The position numbers and the translations under genes were made by a program. Positions 40,631 through 48,958 of a stretch of 64,000 nucleotides of DNA are shown piece after piece. Every line of letters begins with the position of its first letter. Positions within the stretch are counted from its first letter, which is position 1. The notes under the pieces were generated by a model. It saw only the letters and a list, made by a program, of their open reading frames with translations, ran no database searches and was not told where the DNA came from. This stretch comes from a virus: the UHGV virus genome UHGV-0312702. The stretch is one strand, 5' to 3'.

Positions 40631-40685
40631 AAAAATTTACCAGATAAAAAAGGCTTAGTCTATTGTGAATATCTTACAGATTTTC

Positions 40686-41471
40686 TTAGTTCTTTGCGTC
40701 TAAGAAGGTAACTTCTGATGATGAGAAAATTTCCTCAACATCCTCATCAGTTCTTGCATAGATATATGTATCTGCATCACTGCCAAATGTTACTGCAATC
40801 CTGTGATTGTTCTTTGACAGGTGGGTAACTAGAGCGTTACTCAGAGACATCTTTTCAACCGGAGGGTTACTTTGATGTATCTTACCTTTTCTTCGTCTGA
40901 AGAGGGTAACTGTATTGTCTGTGAACGTTACTACACCTGCAAAGTATTCTGGTTCACAGTAGTTCTTCCAACCTGAGCGTAACTTGTGGTACATCTCTCC
41001 TTCATAGACATACAGATACACATCTACACTCTTCATCACCTGATTAATGATAACTGTGACGGCTTGAGGGTCAAGCCCACCGATACCTGCACCAATCATA
41101 GGTAACCCGACTTTCTTCAACTGATTGACTTCACAGTATCTGTTAAGCTGTTTCAAAGATGACTCTAAAGCACTGTATCGGGCATCTTTACCAGTCTTAA
41201 GCTGAGTGTAAAGGTTAGCTATACGGCCTTGTTTTAAACGTGCTACAGAGAAATTACCTAGTAGATTTTCACAGGGTTTGTTGCCTATACCACCTGCATA
41301 CAGATAGACTTCTGTATCAGTTTCATATGCTTTTGGGTAAAATTTAGAAATCTTGTCAGCAATACCTGCACCCATTAAATTCATACAGTTGCAGCCATGA
41401 CCAATGATATCAAATTTACCTTTATCAAATGCGTCAAAAATACTACCATTGATGATTTTTACAATACCCAT
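40686..41471 (-). CDS. macro-domain-like protein (putative ADP-ribose binding/processing), 261 aa
   Basis: N-terminal IVKIINGSIFDAF ... DIIGHGCNCMNLMGAGIA resembles the macro-domain Gly-rich ADP-ribose-binding motif; assignment from motif memory only. Confidence 0.45.
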   Translation of the reverse strand: MGIVKIINGSIFDAFDKGKFDIIGHGCNCMNLMGAGIADKISKFYPKAYETDTEVYLYAGGIGNKPCENLLGNFSVARLKQGRIANLYTQLKTGKDARYSALESSLKQLNRYCEVNQLKKVGLPMIGAGIGGLDPQAVTVIINQVMKSVDVYLYVYEGEMYHKLRSGWKNYCEPEYFAGVVTFTDNTVTLFRRRKGKIHQSNPPVEKMSLSNALVTHLSKNNHRIAVTFGSDADTYIYARTDEDVEEIFSSSEVTFLDAKN

Positions 41472-41708
41472 TTAGCATCTCTCCCAAGATTCTTTATCTT
41501 CTGAAGGTTTTACACGTTGCCCTTCGTGGTCTACCCAGATACACCCGCAACCTTCACAGATTACTGGCATTGCATAACCAGCTTTAAAGTCATCTTCAGT
41601 GATAAGACCTTTTAAGTCACCTGTATCACGTCCAAACATTTCGATAGAACAATCTTTGCAGAAGTCAGCCATGAATAATTGCCTCTTGAATGATAATACC
41701 TTTACCAC
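41472..41708 (-). CDS. hypothetical zinc-ribbon protein, up to 78 aa
   Basis: CKDC ... CEGCGC cysteine pairs. Confidence 0.4.
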   Translation of the reverse strand: MVKVLSFKRQLFMADFCKDCSIEMFGRDTGDLKGLITEDDFKAGYAMPVICEGCGCIWVDHEGQRVKPSEDKESWERC

Positions 41709-41898
41709 AACGACTTTTAAAATCTTCTAATGGTTCAGAGAAGAAGTCACGGAAATGGTTACTACACTCACGTTTCAGCACCTTCTTGTAAGTTAACACA
41801 TCTTTTTCTGCAAACGGGATGACTTCATTTCTCCCTATGAATACTGCTGAACTTACAATCTTACGAGTCTTTTTATTTCTGGCTAGTATTACTTTCAT
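41665..41898 (-). CDS. hypothetical protein, 77 aa
   Basis: ORF, overlapping neighbours. Confidence 0.35.
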   Translation of the reverse strand: MKVILARNKKTRKIVSSAVFIGRNEVIPFAEKDVLTYKKVLKRECSNHFRDFFSEPLEDFKSRCGKGIIIQEAIIHG

Positions 41899-42199
41899 AG
41901 TTTACCTTCTCAGTTAGCTCATATAAATCAACATGCTCAATACTGTCAATGTTGATATTAATCTTTTTGAAACGTTCTATCACTTCGTTGTCAGTCATCC
42001 ATATTAGACACCAATGATTCTGAATGGATTCTTCAAGAAGGTCAACACAATCTTTAAAAGTTTTTGTATCACTTCTTGTTCCGACTACTGCTATTGTTCC
42101 ATATAGCCACTTACCATTACCATAAGTTACTTGTGCTACACCAACTTCTTTATCGTTCTCGTAGTAAACGGCTACAAAGTCTCTTCCATTAATCTGCAT
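41873..42199 (-). CDS. hypothetical protein, 108 aa
   Basis: ORF. Confidence 0.4.
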   Translation of the reverse strand: MQINGRDFVAVYYENDKEVGVAQVTYGNGKWLYGTIAVVGTRSDTKTFKDCVDLLEESIQNHWCLIWMTDNEVIERFKKININIDSIEHVDLYELTEKVNYESNTSQK

Positions 42200-42201
42200 A
42201 G

Positions 42202-42471
42202 TTACTTCCTCGTTTTAAGAACTGCTAAGATTTCTTTAGAGTCTGGTAAGAACCATGTGTAGTGATTCTCTTTGATTTCTGGATGAGTGTCAACCTTTAT
42301 TTTGCAATCTTTACCAACATGCTTAAGCTGTGCTGTGACACCTTGCATAAAGATATGACACATCACATTATCCATAATGGTTGGGATGAAGTCAATTCGC
42401 ATATAAGTTTCTTTTGGTCGTGGTAACAGTAAGTACCCTTCTACGTAAAAAGTATCTTCATTTTCTGTCAT
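42202..42471 (-). CDS. hypothetical protein, 89 aa
   Basis: ORF. Confidence 0.4.
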   Translation of the reverse strand: MTENEDTFYVEGYLLLPRPKETYMRIDFIPTIMDNVMCHIFMQGVTAQLKHVGKDCKIKVDTHPEIKENHYTWFLPDSKEILAVLKTRK

Positions 42472-42737
42472 TGCTGTTTGTTCCCTAATAAAATCATATC
42501 AATAAGGTTGTTAGCTTTGATTGTGCACTGGTAAAAACCATCACGATAAAACTCAAGGGCTGCTGCCACATCACTACCAGTATTACCTTTGACGGTGAAT
42601 TTTGATTCTTCTTGTGTGTACTTATCACTCTCACTTACTTGGGAGTTTTTGAATGTACTGCTCACTTTGTTCGTTGAACACCCTGACATAATTATCAGTA
42701 ACACAAACATTATAAAACTCTGGCTTAGTTTTTTCAT
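42468..42737 (-). CDS. putative o-spanin (outer-membrane lipoprotein), 89 aa
   Basis: Signal peptide with lipobox-like LLIIMSGC; gene overlaps the 3' end of the upstream i-spanin candidate in another frame. Confidence 0.5.
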   Translation of the reverse strand: MKKLSQSFIMFVLLIIMSGCSTNKVSSTFKNSQVSESDKYTQEESKFTVKGNTGSDVAAALEFYRDGFYQCTIKANNLIDMILLGNKQQ

Positions 42738-42978
42738 ATGTTAGTACCTCTTTTGTATGCTTATTCTTAGCAAGCACGTCTTTCAAATCATTTTTGTAAT
42801 TGGTGCTCAGTGTAACTAATCCTTCCTGATAAGCATCTTTAGCAACACTTATCAGCTTCTCATTGTTTAACTCAGCTTCAGCAACTTGGTAGTCTCTGTA
42901 AGAGTATCCTCCCCAGACACCTGCCCCAACTAAGAAAACAATTATGAAAGTAGCTTGACAGAACTCTTTAAATGTCAT
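42631..42978 (-). CDS. putative i-spanin (type II inner-membrane protein), 115 aa
   Basis: N-terminal transmembrane segment (FIIVFLVGAGVWGG) followed by a helical periplasmic domain; overlapped by the lipoprotein gene. Confidence 0.5.
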   Translation of the reverse strand: MTFKEFCQATFIIVFLVGAGVWGGYSYRDYQVAEAELNNEKLISVAKDAYQEGLVTLSTNYKNDLKDVLAKNKHTKEVLTYEKTKPEFYNVCVTDNYVRVFNEQSEQYIQKLPSK

Positions 42979-42999
42979 TTAACAATCTCCTGAAATGAA

Positions 43000-43024
43000 A
43001 AAGGCTCCCGAAGGAGCCTGTATC
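43000..43024 (-). terminator. rho-independent terminator
   Basis: AGGCTCC-CGAA-GGAGCCT hairpin; on - strand followed by TTTTTCATTT. Confidence 0.5.
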
Positions 43025-43030
43025 TTAACC

Positions 43031-43495
43031 TTAACCGAGGACTTTAGCAAGGATATTTGCAGCCATCGAAGAAGCTTTTGCAGCAGCAACTACGCCAGCT
43101 TTGACAGTGCTATCCTTAATGGCAGATACCGTTGCAGCATCAGTAAAGAGGTAAGTGATTGTTTTAGAACCACTTGTAAAGGAAAGCATAAGAGTAGTTT
43201 CCAGATTGAAAGAGCGATACGGAGCACCTTCTTTAATGATACCCTCAGCACCTAACTCTGAAGCCTTACCCATATCATAGATAGTCATCAGGTTTTCTTT
43301 GTGTGCAGTCGTTGAACCAGCACCTTTTACGTGCTTTTTAACATTCAACAATGCACGATATTCACGAATGCTGCCATCAGCTTTTACATTAACAGCACGG
43401 AAAATTTTACCTTCAAAGTTACCCTGAATCATTTTACGAACTACTTCAGATTTGTTTGCCGTATCGTCCAGTGCTACCGTAATAATGTTGTTCAT
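43031..43495 (-). CDS. hypothetical protein, 154 aa
   Basis: ORF. Confidence 0.45.
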   Translation of the reverse strand: MNNIITVALDDTANKSEVVRKMIQGNFEGKIFRAVNVKADGSIREYRALLNVKKHVKGAGSTTAHKENLMTIYDMGKASELGAEGIIKEGAPYRSFNLETTLMLSFTSGSKTITYLFTDAATVSAIKDSTVKAGVVAAAKASSMAANILAKVLG

Positions 43496-43505
43496 AAGTT
43501 TTCTC

Positions 43506-44201
43506 TCAATGTTTAACTAACATGGTTTTGATGTGTGGAAGGATTCTGTTAACCTTCTGCACATTCTTCTCTGTATCTTCTATAAAACATACTATATCAA
43601 AGTAAGGCAGAATGCAAGACTGAATCATCCGTACTTTCAAACTTTCTGCACTTATAGAGTTAGTTCCAAAACCACGCATAAAAAGCATGTAGTCATGCTC
43701 TGTGTTATGCCTTAAAAACATCTCAGTAGGTATTCTCTGAGATTCACCCCTTGCTGTCAAGAGTCCAATGGCAGCATGATTAGCAATTGCATCAATAATA
43801 TTGAAAACATACGTTGGTTTTGCTCTTACAGAGTCAAGAAGGTTAGTATACTGTGAAAATGACCCATCAGTCAATTCCGTTGAGCAATCTTCGTGATTAA
43901 AATTTGTAAGAACACCATCAATATCTGCCAAGATAAGGTTGCCTTTCTCCACAAGGTCTTTATTGACTATGACTAAACTATCACGCCTTACACCTATAGT
44001 TTGTCCAGTCTCTTTGTCCATAACGTTCACAATTGGTTCTGATGTGTGGAACTCTTCAAGTGAACATACAACCTCTCTTGCAGTATCTTCAAAGTCTCTA
44101 CACTGCTCTGGAGTCCATATGCCAGAATCAATACCTAACTCATGAGGATGCAAGTCATAAGCATGGCACAGTACTTCATCAGACTTTCTTAATTTTTTCA
44201 T
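43506..44201 (-). CDS. HAD-superfamily phosphatase-like protein, 231 aa
   Basis: HAD motif I LILADIDGVLTNF (DxDGV/T) in the middle of the protein. Confidence 0.45.
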   Translation of the reverse strand: MKKLRKSDEVLCHAYDLHPHELGIDSGIWTPEQCRDFEDTAREVVCSLEEFHTSEPIVNVMDKETGQTIGVRRDSLVIVNKDLVEKGNLILADIDGVLTNFNHEDCSTELTDGSFSQYTNLLDSVRAKPTYVFNIIDAIANHAAIGLLTARGESQRIPTEMFLRHNTEHDYMLFMRGFGTNSISAESLKVRMIQSCILPYFDIVCFIEDTEKNVQKVNRILPHIKTMLVKH

Positions 44202-44727
44202 GGTTTACCTTAGAAATGTTTGTTGCAAATTCACATTGAGCAATAACTTTCATGTTGTTATAGACATCTTGAGAATATTTCTTAGCTTTAGGAATTTTGT
44301 ATGAATACCCAGCATTATAAGATGCTAAAACTTTTTGTAAAGTCTTCTTTGACTTTGGCTGGCCATGTACCTTCGTCCAAAACTCAAGCTCTTTATGTGT
44401 TTCTTTTGCGGCATAATCAAAGTCTTTTAAAAGTTTCTTTTTAGCCACATTAGGACTAATTTTGTTACGCTTTACAACAGTCTTCAAGTGATTCTGGAAA
44501 ATACCATAGTCATGTGTCTTTTTATTCTCTACCTTCAGACCTAACTCTGACTCTTGTAAGGCTATAGCAGCTAGAGTGATACCCCAACCTTTACCCATAT
44601 TATTCTCACCATACTGGTAAGCTTTTAACATGTTTACTTTTTGGCTAATTGATAGCTCTGGGCAGTCAACTGCATAAGATAAGTGTGCTGTAAACATTAA
44701 GCACAAACCTAGAATCAATTTCTTCAT
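44179..44727 (-). CDS. secreted lytic transglycosylase (SLT family), 182 aa
   Basis: Signal peptide MKKLILGLCLMFTAHLSYA; catalytic-region motif AIALQESELG ... YGIFQ. Confidence 0.6.
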   Translation of the reverse strand: MKKLILGLCLMFTAHLSYAVDCPELSISQKVNMLKAYQYGENNMGKGWGITLAAIALQESELGLKVENKKTHDYGIFQNHLKTVVKRNKISPNVAKKKLLKDFDYAAKETHKELEFWTKVHGQPKSKKTLQKVLASYNAGYSYKIPKAKKYSQDVYNNMKVIAQCEFATNISKVNHEKIKKV

Positions 44728-44785
44728 TGGTTCTCCTGTTTAGTTTATCGTGACAACAATTATACAGCACTCTGCACAAAATACA

Positions 44786-44815
44786 AATAAAAAAGGCCGC
44801 CGAAGCAGCCTTTTA
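44786..44815 (-). terminator. rho-independent terminator downstream of rIIB
   Basis: On - strand GGCTGC-TTCG-GCGGCC hairpin followed by TTTTTTATTTG. Confidence 0.55.
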
Positions 44816-44827
44816 AGAAATTACTTA

Positions 44828-45937
44828 TTAGATTTCACGTTTACGTTGAGAGATGAGTTCACCAGCAGTACCGACGATGACATGCAAAGCCTCAGTCTTA
44901 CCGTCCCATGCTTTCAGCACTTTACGTTGGTTATCAACGATTGCTGTAACTTCATAACGAGATGAACGCATCTTCATATCGTTGTAATCAGTTGGAACAG
45001 ATACAACATCTCGTGGATGGACACGAACCTTCAGAATTGTATCACCTGAGAAGCAGCGAACATAATCCCAAGCACCAACATGAAGACCCTGAGAGCAAGT
45101 CACGTTACGGTTATTATCAACCATCCAACGTGGCATTTCTACAATGTTACCCAAATCATTAGGTACTTTGTATGTGCGGGAATCAACCAGCTTGCCTTCA
45201 TGAGTAGAGACTTTCTTCCAACCAATGATGTAGCCTTCTTCATCAATCTCAACATCAAGGTGAGATACGAATCCCCAAAGTTGTTCTACAGAGTCTTTAG
45301 ATGGGTTTTCCATCAGTTTTTCGAAGAACATTACAAGTCGTTCAAAGCCTTTATCACCAGCCTTCATCATGTGAAGAATACGGTCAACCAGAGTAGAACG
45401 CATCTCAACAGCACCGTAGAATAGCTTGTCGCCTTTGATTGTGATAGCCCCCTGAGTGAAGTTTTCGATAGACTTACGAATGTTCATCAGTTCAAAGGCT
45501 TTCTTGAACTCACCTTTCACAACATGAACTACAATCTCTTGATAGTTCGGATGAGTAGACTCAACAATTTCAGATTCTGAACCGTAAGTCATAATTACAG
45601 AGTCACCAGTAATCATGTACTCAATCTTGTCATCTTTCTGCATAGCTTCATGCAGTTTATTTACCGGAGCTTTCTGTACAGAATCTTTAACAACCTTTTC
45701 AACTGGCTTGTCAGCTTTCTTTTTAAAGGTCTTAGCAACTTGTTTCAAAGTCTTTGTAGCTGGTGTAGAAGTTGCCTTCTTCTTCCCTTTTAAGGTTGCT
45801 TCATGACGTTCTACAGCACGACCGACTGAACGGGTTGAAGTATTGAATTTCTGTGCAATAGCTGTTTTGGTCAGCTTACCTTCTTTAACCAGTTTGTAAA
45901 TTTCTGCGTCAATCTGTGCTTTAGTTTTAGTAGTCAT
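44828..45937 (-). CDS. rIIB: rIIB-like protein, 369 aa
   Basis: C-terminal VHPRDVVSVPTDYNDMKMR closely matches the conserved T4 rIIB C-terminus (recalled, not searched); adjacent to rIIA. Confidence 0.75.
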   Translation of the reverse strand: MTTKTKAQIDAEIYKLVKEGKLTKTAIAQKFNTSTRSVGRAVERHEATLKGKKKATSTPATKTLKQVAKTFKKKADKPVEKVVKDSVQKAPVNKLHEAMQKDDKIEYMITGDSVIMTYGSESEIVESTHPNYQEIVVHVVKGEFKKAFELMNIRKSIENFTQGAITIKGDKLFYGAVEMRSTLVDRILHMMKAGDKGFERLVMFFEKLMENPSKDSVEQLWGFVSHLDVEIDEEGYIIGWKKVSTHEGKLVDSRTYKVPNDLGNIVEMPRWMVDNNRNVTCSQGLHVGAWDYVRCFSGDTILKVRVHPRDVVSVPTDYNDMKMRSSRYEVTAIVDNQRKVLKAWDGKTEALHVIVGTAGELISQRKREI

Positions 45938-46016
45938 CTTATTACTCTCTCTTGTCAGTTAATAAATCATTTTGTGAGGCTATTCTAAGGGGCTTCAAAG
46001 CCCCTTGTCAAACATT

Positions 46017-48383
46017 TTAATCGTAAATTGTAGTCCCTTCTGGAACACACTTCACATCAAAGCCTAAGAACTTACTCACTTCGATAGGTGACACTTTATT
46101 CCAATCTAAATGAGAAAGCAAGAAGTTTTCTTGTTTTCTTTTTGAAAGATAGTTTGTCACCTTAATGACCATACGGTCACCAGCTTTCTTAATTTTCTTG
46201 TACAGCTTTGTGTCGTTGTCAAGGCATTCTTTCAAAGTTTGTAATCTACTAACAGTGTAAGTGTATGCAAACGGTGCAGCAACGTATTGGATTTTACCGA
46301 ACATTGCCTCAACAGCATCCTCATTACCTTCTAAGAAGATAGTTTTGTTTGTATCCCGTGAATAACAATAGCCACGAGAAATCTTCCTGTTATTGAACGT
46401 AAAGTTTCTGGCAATAATCCAACTGCTTGTAAGGTCGAGGACACCATTCATATAGATACGTGTCATATACCTGTTATGATTAATCCAATGAACATCAGTT
46501 AAGCTGTCGTTCAAGAGCTTCTCATCTACTTCAATCCAGTCTTCTGGTATCTTTTTCCAATTTGCTTTTCGGAAAACATATACTGTCTTTCCAATGACAT
46601 TGGCAACTGACTTAGCTACATCTTCTGGAGATGAGCAAAAACATTCGCCATCAACTGTGTCGCCTACTGCCTTAATATAAAGCTGAGGCTCTTCAATCGT
46701 ATCTAAGTCTTCTGACACCTCTTTGTATGAAGCTACACCTTCTGCTGGAACAGCTTTCCAGAGTTTTACAACACCTCTTACAGCTTCTTTACGCTGATAA
46801 TGGTGTTCCTTATCAGACATCTTCACAATCTTTAACAAGCTTTTATCAAGTTTGTGTAGATTGATTAAGTCATCTAACTCTTTTTCAGTCGAGAATACAA
46901 ACACAATACCATTGTATCTGTGAAACAGACTTGACTCACTGGCATAGTCTCGACATGCACCACGCAAGATTTGGTTGCGTCCTACAGTCTTCTCAGTACC
47001 GTTCTTATTGCGACGGTCATTAATAACAAACAAAAACTGTTCAATTTGGCTTTTACGCATTGCACCAAAGATATTGAACATACTTGCCTCTTGAGTGTAG
47101 GAAAGTGCTGTTGCACGAATCTTACTCTCTAAAGAGTTGAACTTGACATAAGCAACTGGGTCATAAAGGTAATCTACTTTAGGTATGTTGTTTCCTTTGC
47201 TGTCAACCTTAATATTACCTTTACCATCACGTTCATAAATGACTGAGCCGTCTTCTGCGTAGATAATCCCACGACGAATGTTTAGTAATTCTTCTTCCAG
47301 AGAATCAAGCTTAACACCACCCCACTCTAGCTTTGGACACACAGCATTAAACATCTCTCGTGAGTTCAAACGTAACTCAGCATAAGCCTGTGCAGCATCC
47401 ATGAGTGTAGGTTGGTTATTAACACCCTTAATAACGTCCCTTGTGATTGCTTCAGTTATCTTTTTAGTAGCCTCGATGATAACATTTTTTGTCGTGTCAT
47501 TCATCTGCAATGCTTCACGAGAAGCTGCAATAGCAACTGAACCAATAGGCATGTAGATGTTTACAAGGTCTACGCTCCTACGGAAAAATTCTGGCAAGAC
47601 TTTGAAGAAATCATCGCCAAGTAACGCTTCCATGTTAACTGGATAGGCAATATTACCCATCACCACATTAAACTCTGTCCTGTTATCGCTAGAGCGCCAA
47701 CTTAGCTTATGAATCATGGCATCATAAACACCCTCTTCACGAGCAATGACGTTCATATCTGCTAATACATCGTCGTACACAATATTACTTTCTGGTTTTA
47801 CAGCAAAGTATGAGTATACATTACCAGCTTCTTCAAAGAACTTTGAGATACGATGGTCAGCAACTGCTACACGTACAGCTAAACCATTAGGCTCTTTTGT
47901 TGGGTTAGTTGTTAGCTTGGTTACTTGAGGAATACCATTCTCAAGATAAACAGAGTATTTATTAACAACACCATCAACGTAGCTCGATACTGTGAATGAC
48001 TGAGCAATTGCAAACGGTGACTTTGAACCGATACCCATTGCACCAATGTAGTCATTAGAGTCATTCTTTGTAGAAGCCCCGTAGTTTAGATACAAACTCA
48101 TAACTTTATCATGAGTCAATCCAGTTCCAAAATCACGAACTTCAAAGTAAGGCTCAAAACGAGTAGGTAAATGCACATGGAACGGGATGTTCTCTTTTCC
48201 AGCTTCTTTCTGAGCATCTACTGCGTTACATGACAGTTCACGAATAACTGCCCTTTCTTTAAATGTATATACACCAGAACTCAAAAGGCTGAACATTTCA
48301 GGTGTCATTGTAATCTGTGCTTGAGACGTCTCTAAAGAAGTTGAACTTTTAATCACTTCTGCGTGGTCGTTTACCATGCGCAT
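46017..48383 (-). CDS. rIIA: rIIA-like protein with N-terminal GHKL-type ATPase fold, 788 aa
   Basis: N-box/G-box motifs (RELSCNAVDA ... RDFGTGL ... IGAMGIGSKSPF) in the order seen in T4 rIIA. Confidence 0.8.
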   Translation of the reverse strand: MRMVNDHAEVIKSSTSLETSQAQITMTPEMFSLLSSGVYTFKERAVIRELSCNAVDAQKEAGKENIPFHVHLPTRFEPYFEVRDFGTGLTHDKVMSLYLNYGASTKNDSNDYIGAMGIGSKSPFAIAQSFTVSSYVDGVVNKYSVYLENGIPQVTKLTTNPTKEPNGLAVRVAVADHRISKFFEEAGNVYSYFAVKPESNIVYDDVLADMNVIAREEGVYDAMIHKLSWRSSDNRTEFNVVMGNIAYPVNMEALLGDDFFKVLPEFFRRSVDLVNIYMPIGSVAIAASREALQMNDTTKNVIIEATKKITEAITRDVIKGVNNQPTLMDAAQAYAELRLNSREMFNAVCPKLEWGGVKLDSLEEELLNIRRGIIYAEDGSVIYERDGKGNIKVDSKGNNIPKVDYLYDPVAYVKFNSLESKIRATALSYTQEASMFNIFGAMRKSQIEQFLFVINDRRNKNGTEKTVGRNQILRGACRDYASESSLFHRYNGIVFVFSTEKELDDLINLHKLDKSLLKIVKMSDKEHHYQRKEAVRGVVKLWKAVPAEGVASYKEVSEDLDTIEEPQLYIKAVGDTVDGECFCSSPEDVAKSVANVIGKTVYVFRKANWKKIPEDWIEVDEKLLNDSLTDVHWINHNRYMTRIYMNGVLDLTSSWIIARNFTFNNRKISRGYCYSRDTNKTIFLEGNEDAVEAMFGKIQYVAAPFAYTYTVSRLQTLKECLDNDTKLYKKIKKAGDRMVIKVTNYLSKRKQENFLLSHLDWNKVSPIEVSKFLGFDVKCVPEGTTIYD

Positions 48384-48411
48384 AATACTTTCCTCTTAGT
48401 TTACTGTTAAA

Positions 48412-48588
48412 TTACTTGTTAAACATTTTACCAGAACCGCCACACATAGGGCAACAACCTGCTCTTGTATACCCTTCTCCGCTACAGTAGTCACACTTTT
48501 TGTGTTCTGCAAAGTACTTACAAAGAAGGCAAACAAATATTGCTACACTACCAAGTGACAGTAAAATTTCTATCCAATATGCTTGCAT
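48412..48588 (-). CDS. unlisted small membrane-anchored zinc-ribbon protein, 58 aa
   Basis: Hand translation MQAYWIEILLSLGSVAIFVCLLCKYFAEHKKCDYCSGEGYTRAGCCPMCGGSGKMFNK; GAGAGGTGA RBS upstream; below the 60-aa cut-off of the ORF track. Confidence 0.4.
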   Translation of the reverse strand: MQAYWIEILLSLGSVAIFVCLLCKYFAEHKKCDYCSGEGYTRAGCCPMCGGSGKMFNK

Positions 48589-48905
48589 GACTCACCTCTC
48601 ATGTTTTTGTAAAGGATAAAGCTTCTGTCATGAACGATACTTGTAGATACTGCAAAGTTACTTTCAAGCATCTGTTTGTTTGGATTGTAGAAGCTTTCTT
48701 TAAACTCGTCAAGAGCAAACTGGTGATGTTGTGGAAGACCTTTTACACAAACCTTTATTGTGATTGCTGCTGCAACCTTGCCAGCCAGTTCTTCTTTAGC
48801 TGCTACTAAAATTTTGTTAAGGAACTTATGACCATCTTCAGGCTTTTTGATGTTCTCCCAACGTTCTTCTAAGACAATGTTGATGTTCATTTCTTTGATT
48901 TTCAT
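48570..48905 (-). CDS. hypothetical protein, 111 aa
   Basis: ORF. Confidence 0.45.
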   Translation of the reverse strand: MKIKEMNINIVLEERWENIKKPEDGHKFLNKILVAAKEELAGKVAAAITIKVCVKGLPQHHQFALDEFKESFYNPNKQMLESNFAVSTSIVHDRSFILYKNMRGESCKHIG

Positions 48906-48917
48906 AGTCTTCTCCAG

Positions 48918-48946
48918 AAATTAAAAAGGCTCCCGTAGGAGCCTCT
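48918..48946 (-). terminator. terminator-like hairpin between the Nampt-like gene and the next gene
   Basis: AGGCTCC-CGTA-GGAGCCT; on - strand followed by TTTTTAATTT. Confidence 0.5.
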
Positions 48947-48958
48947 TATCATATACTT

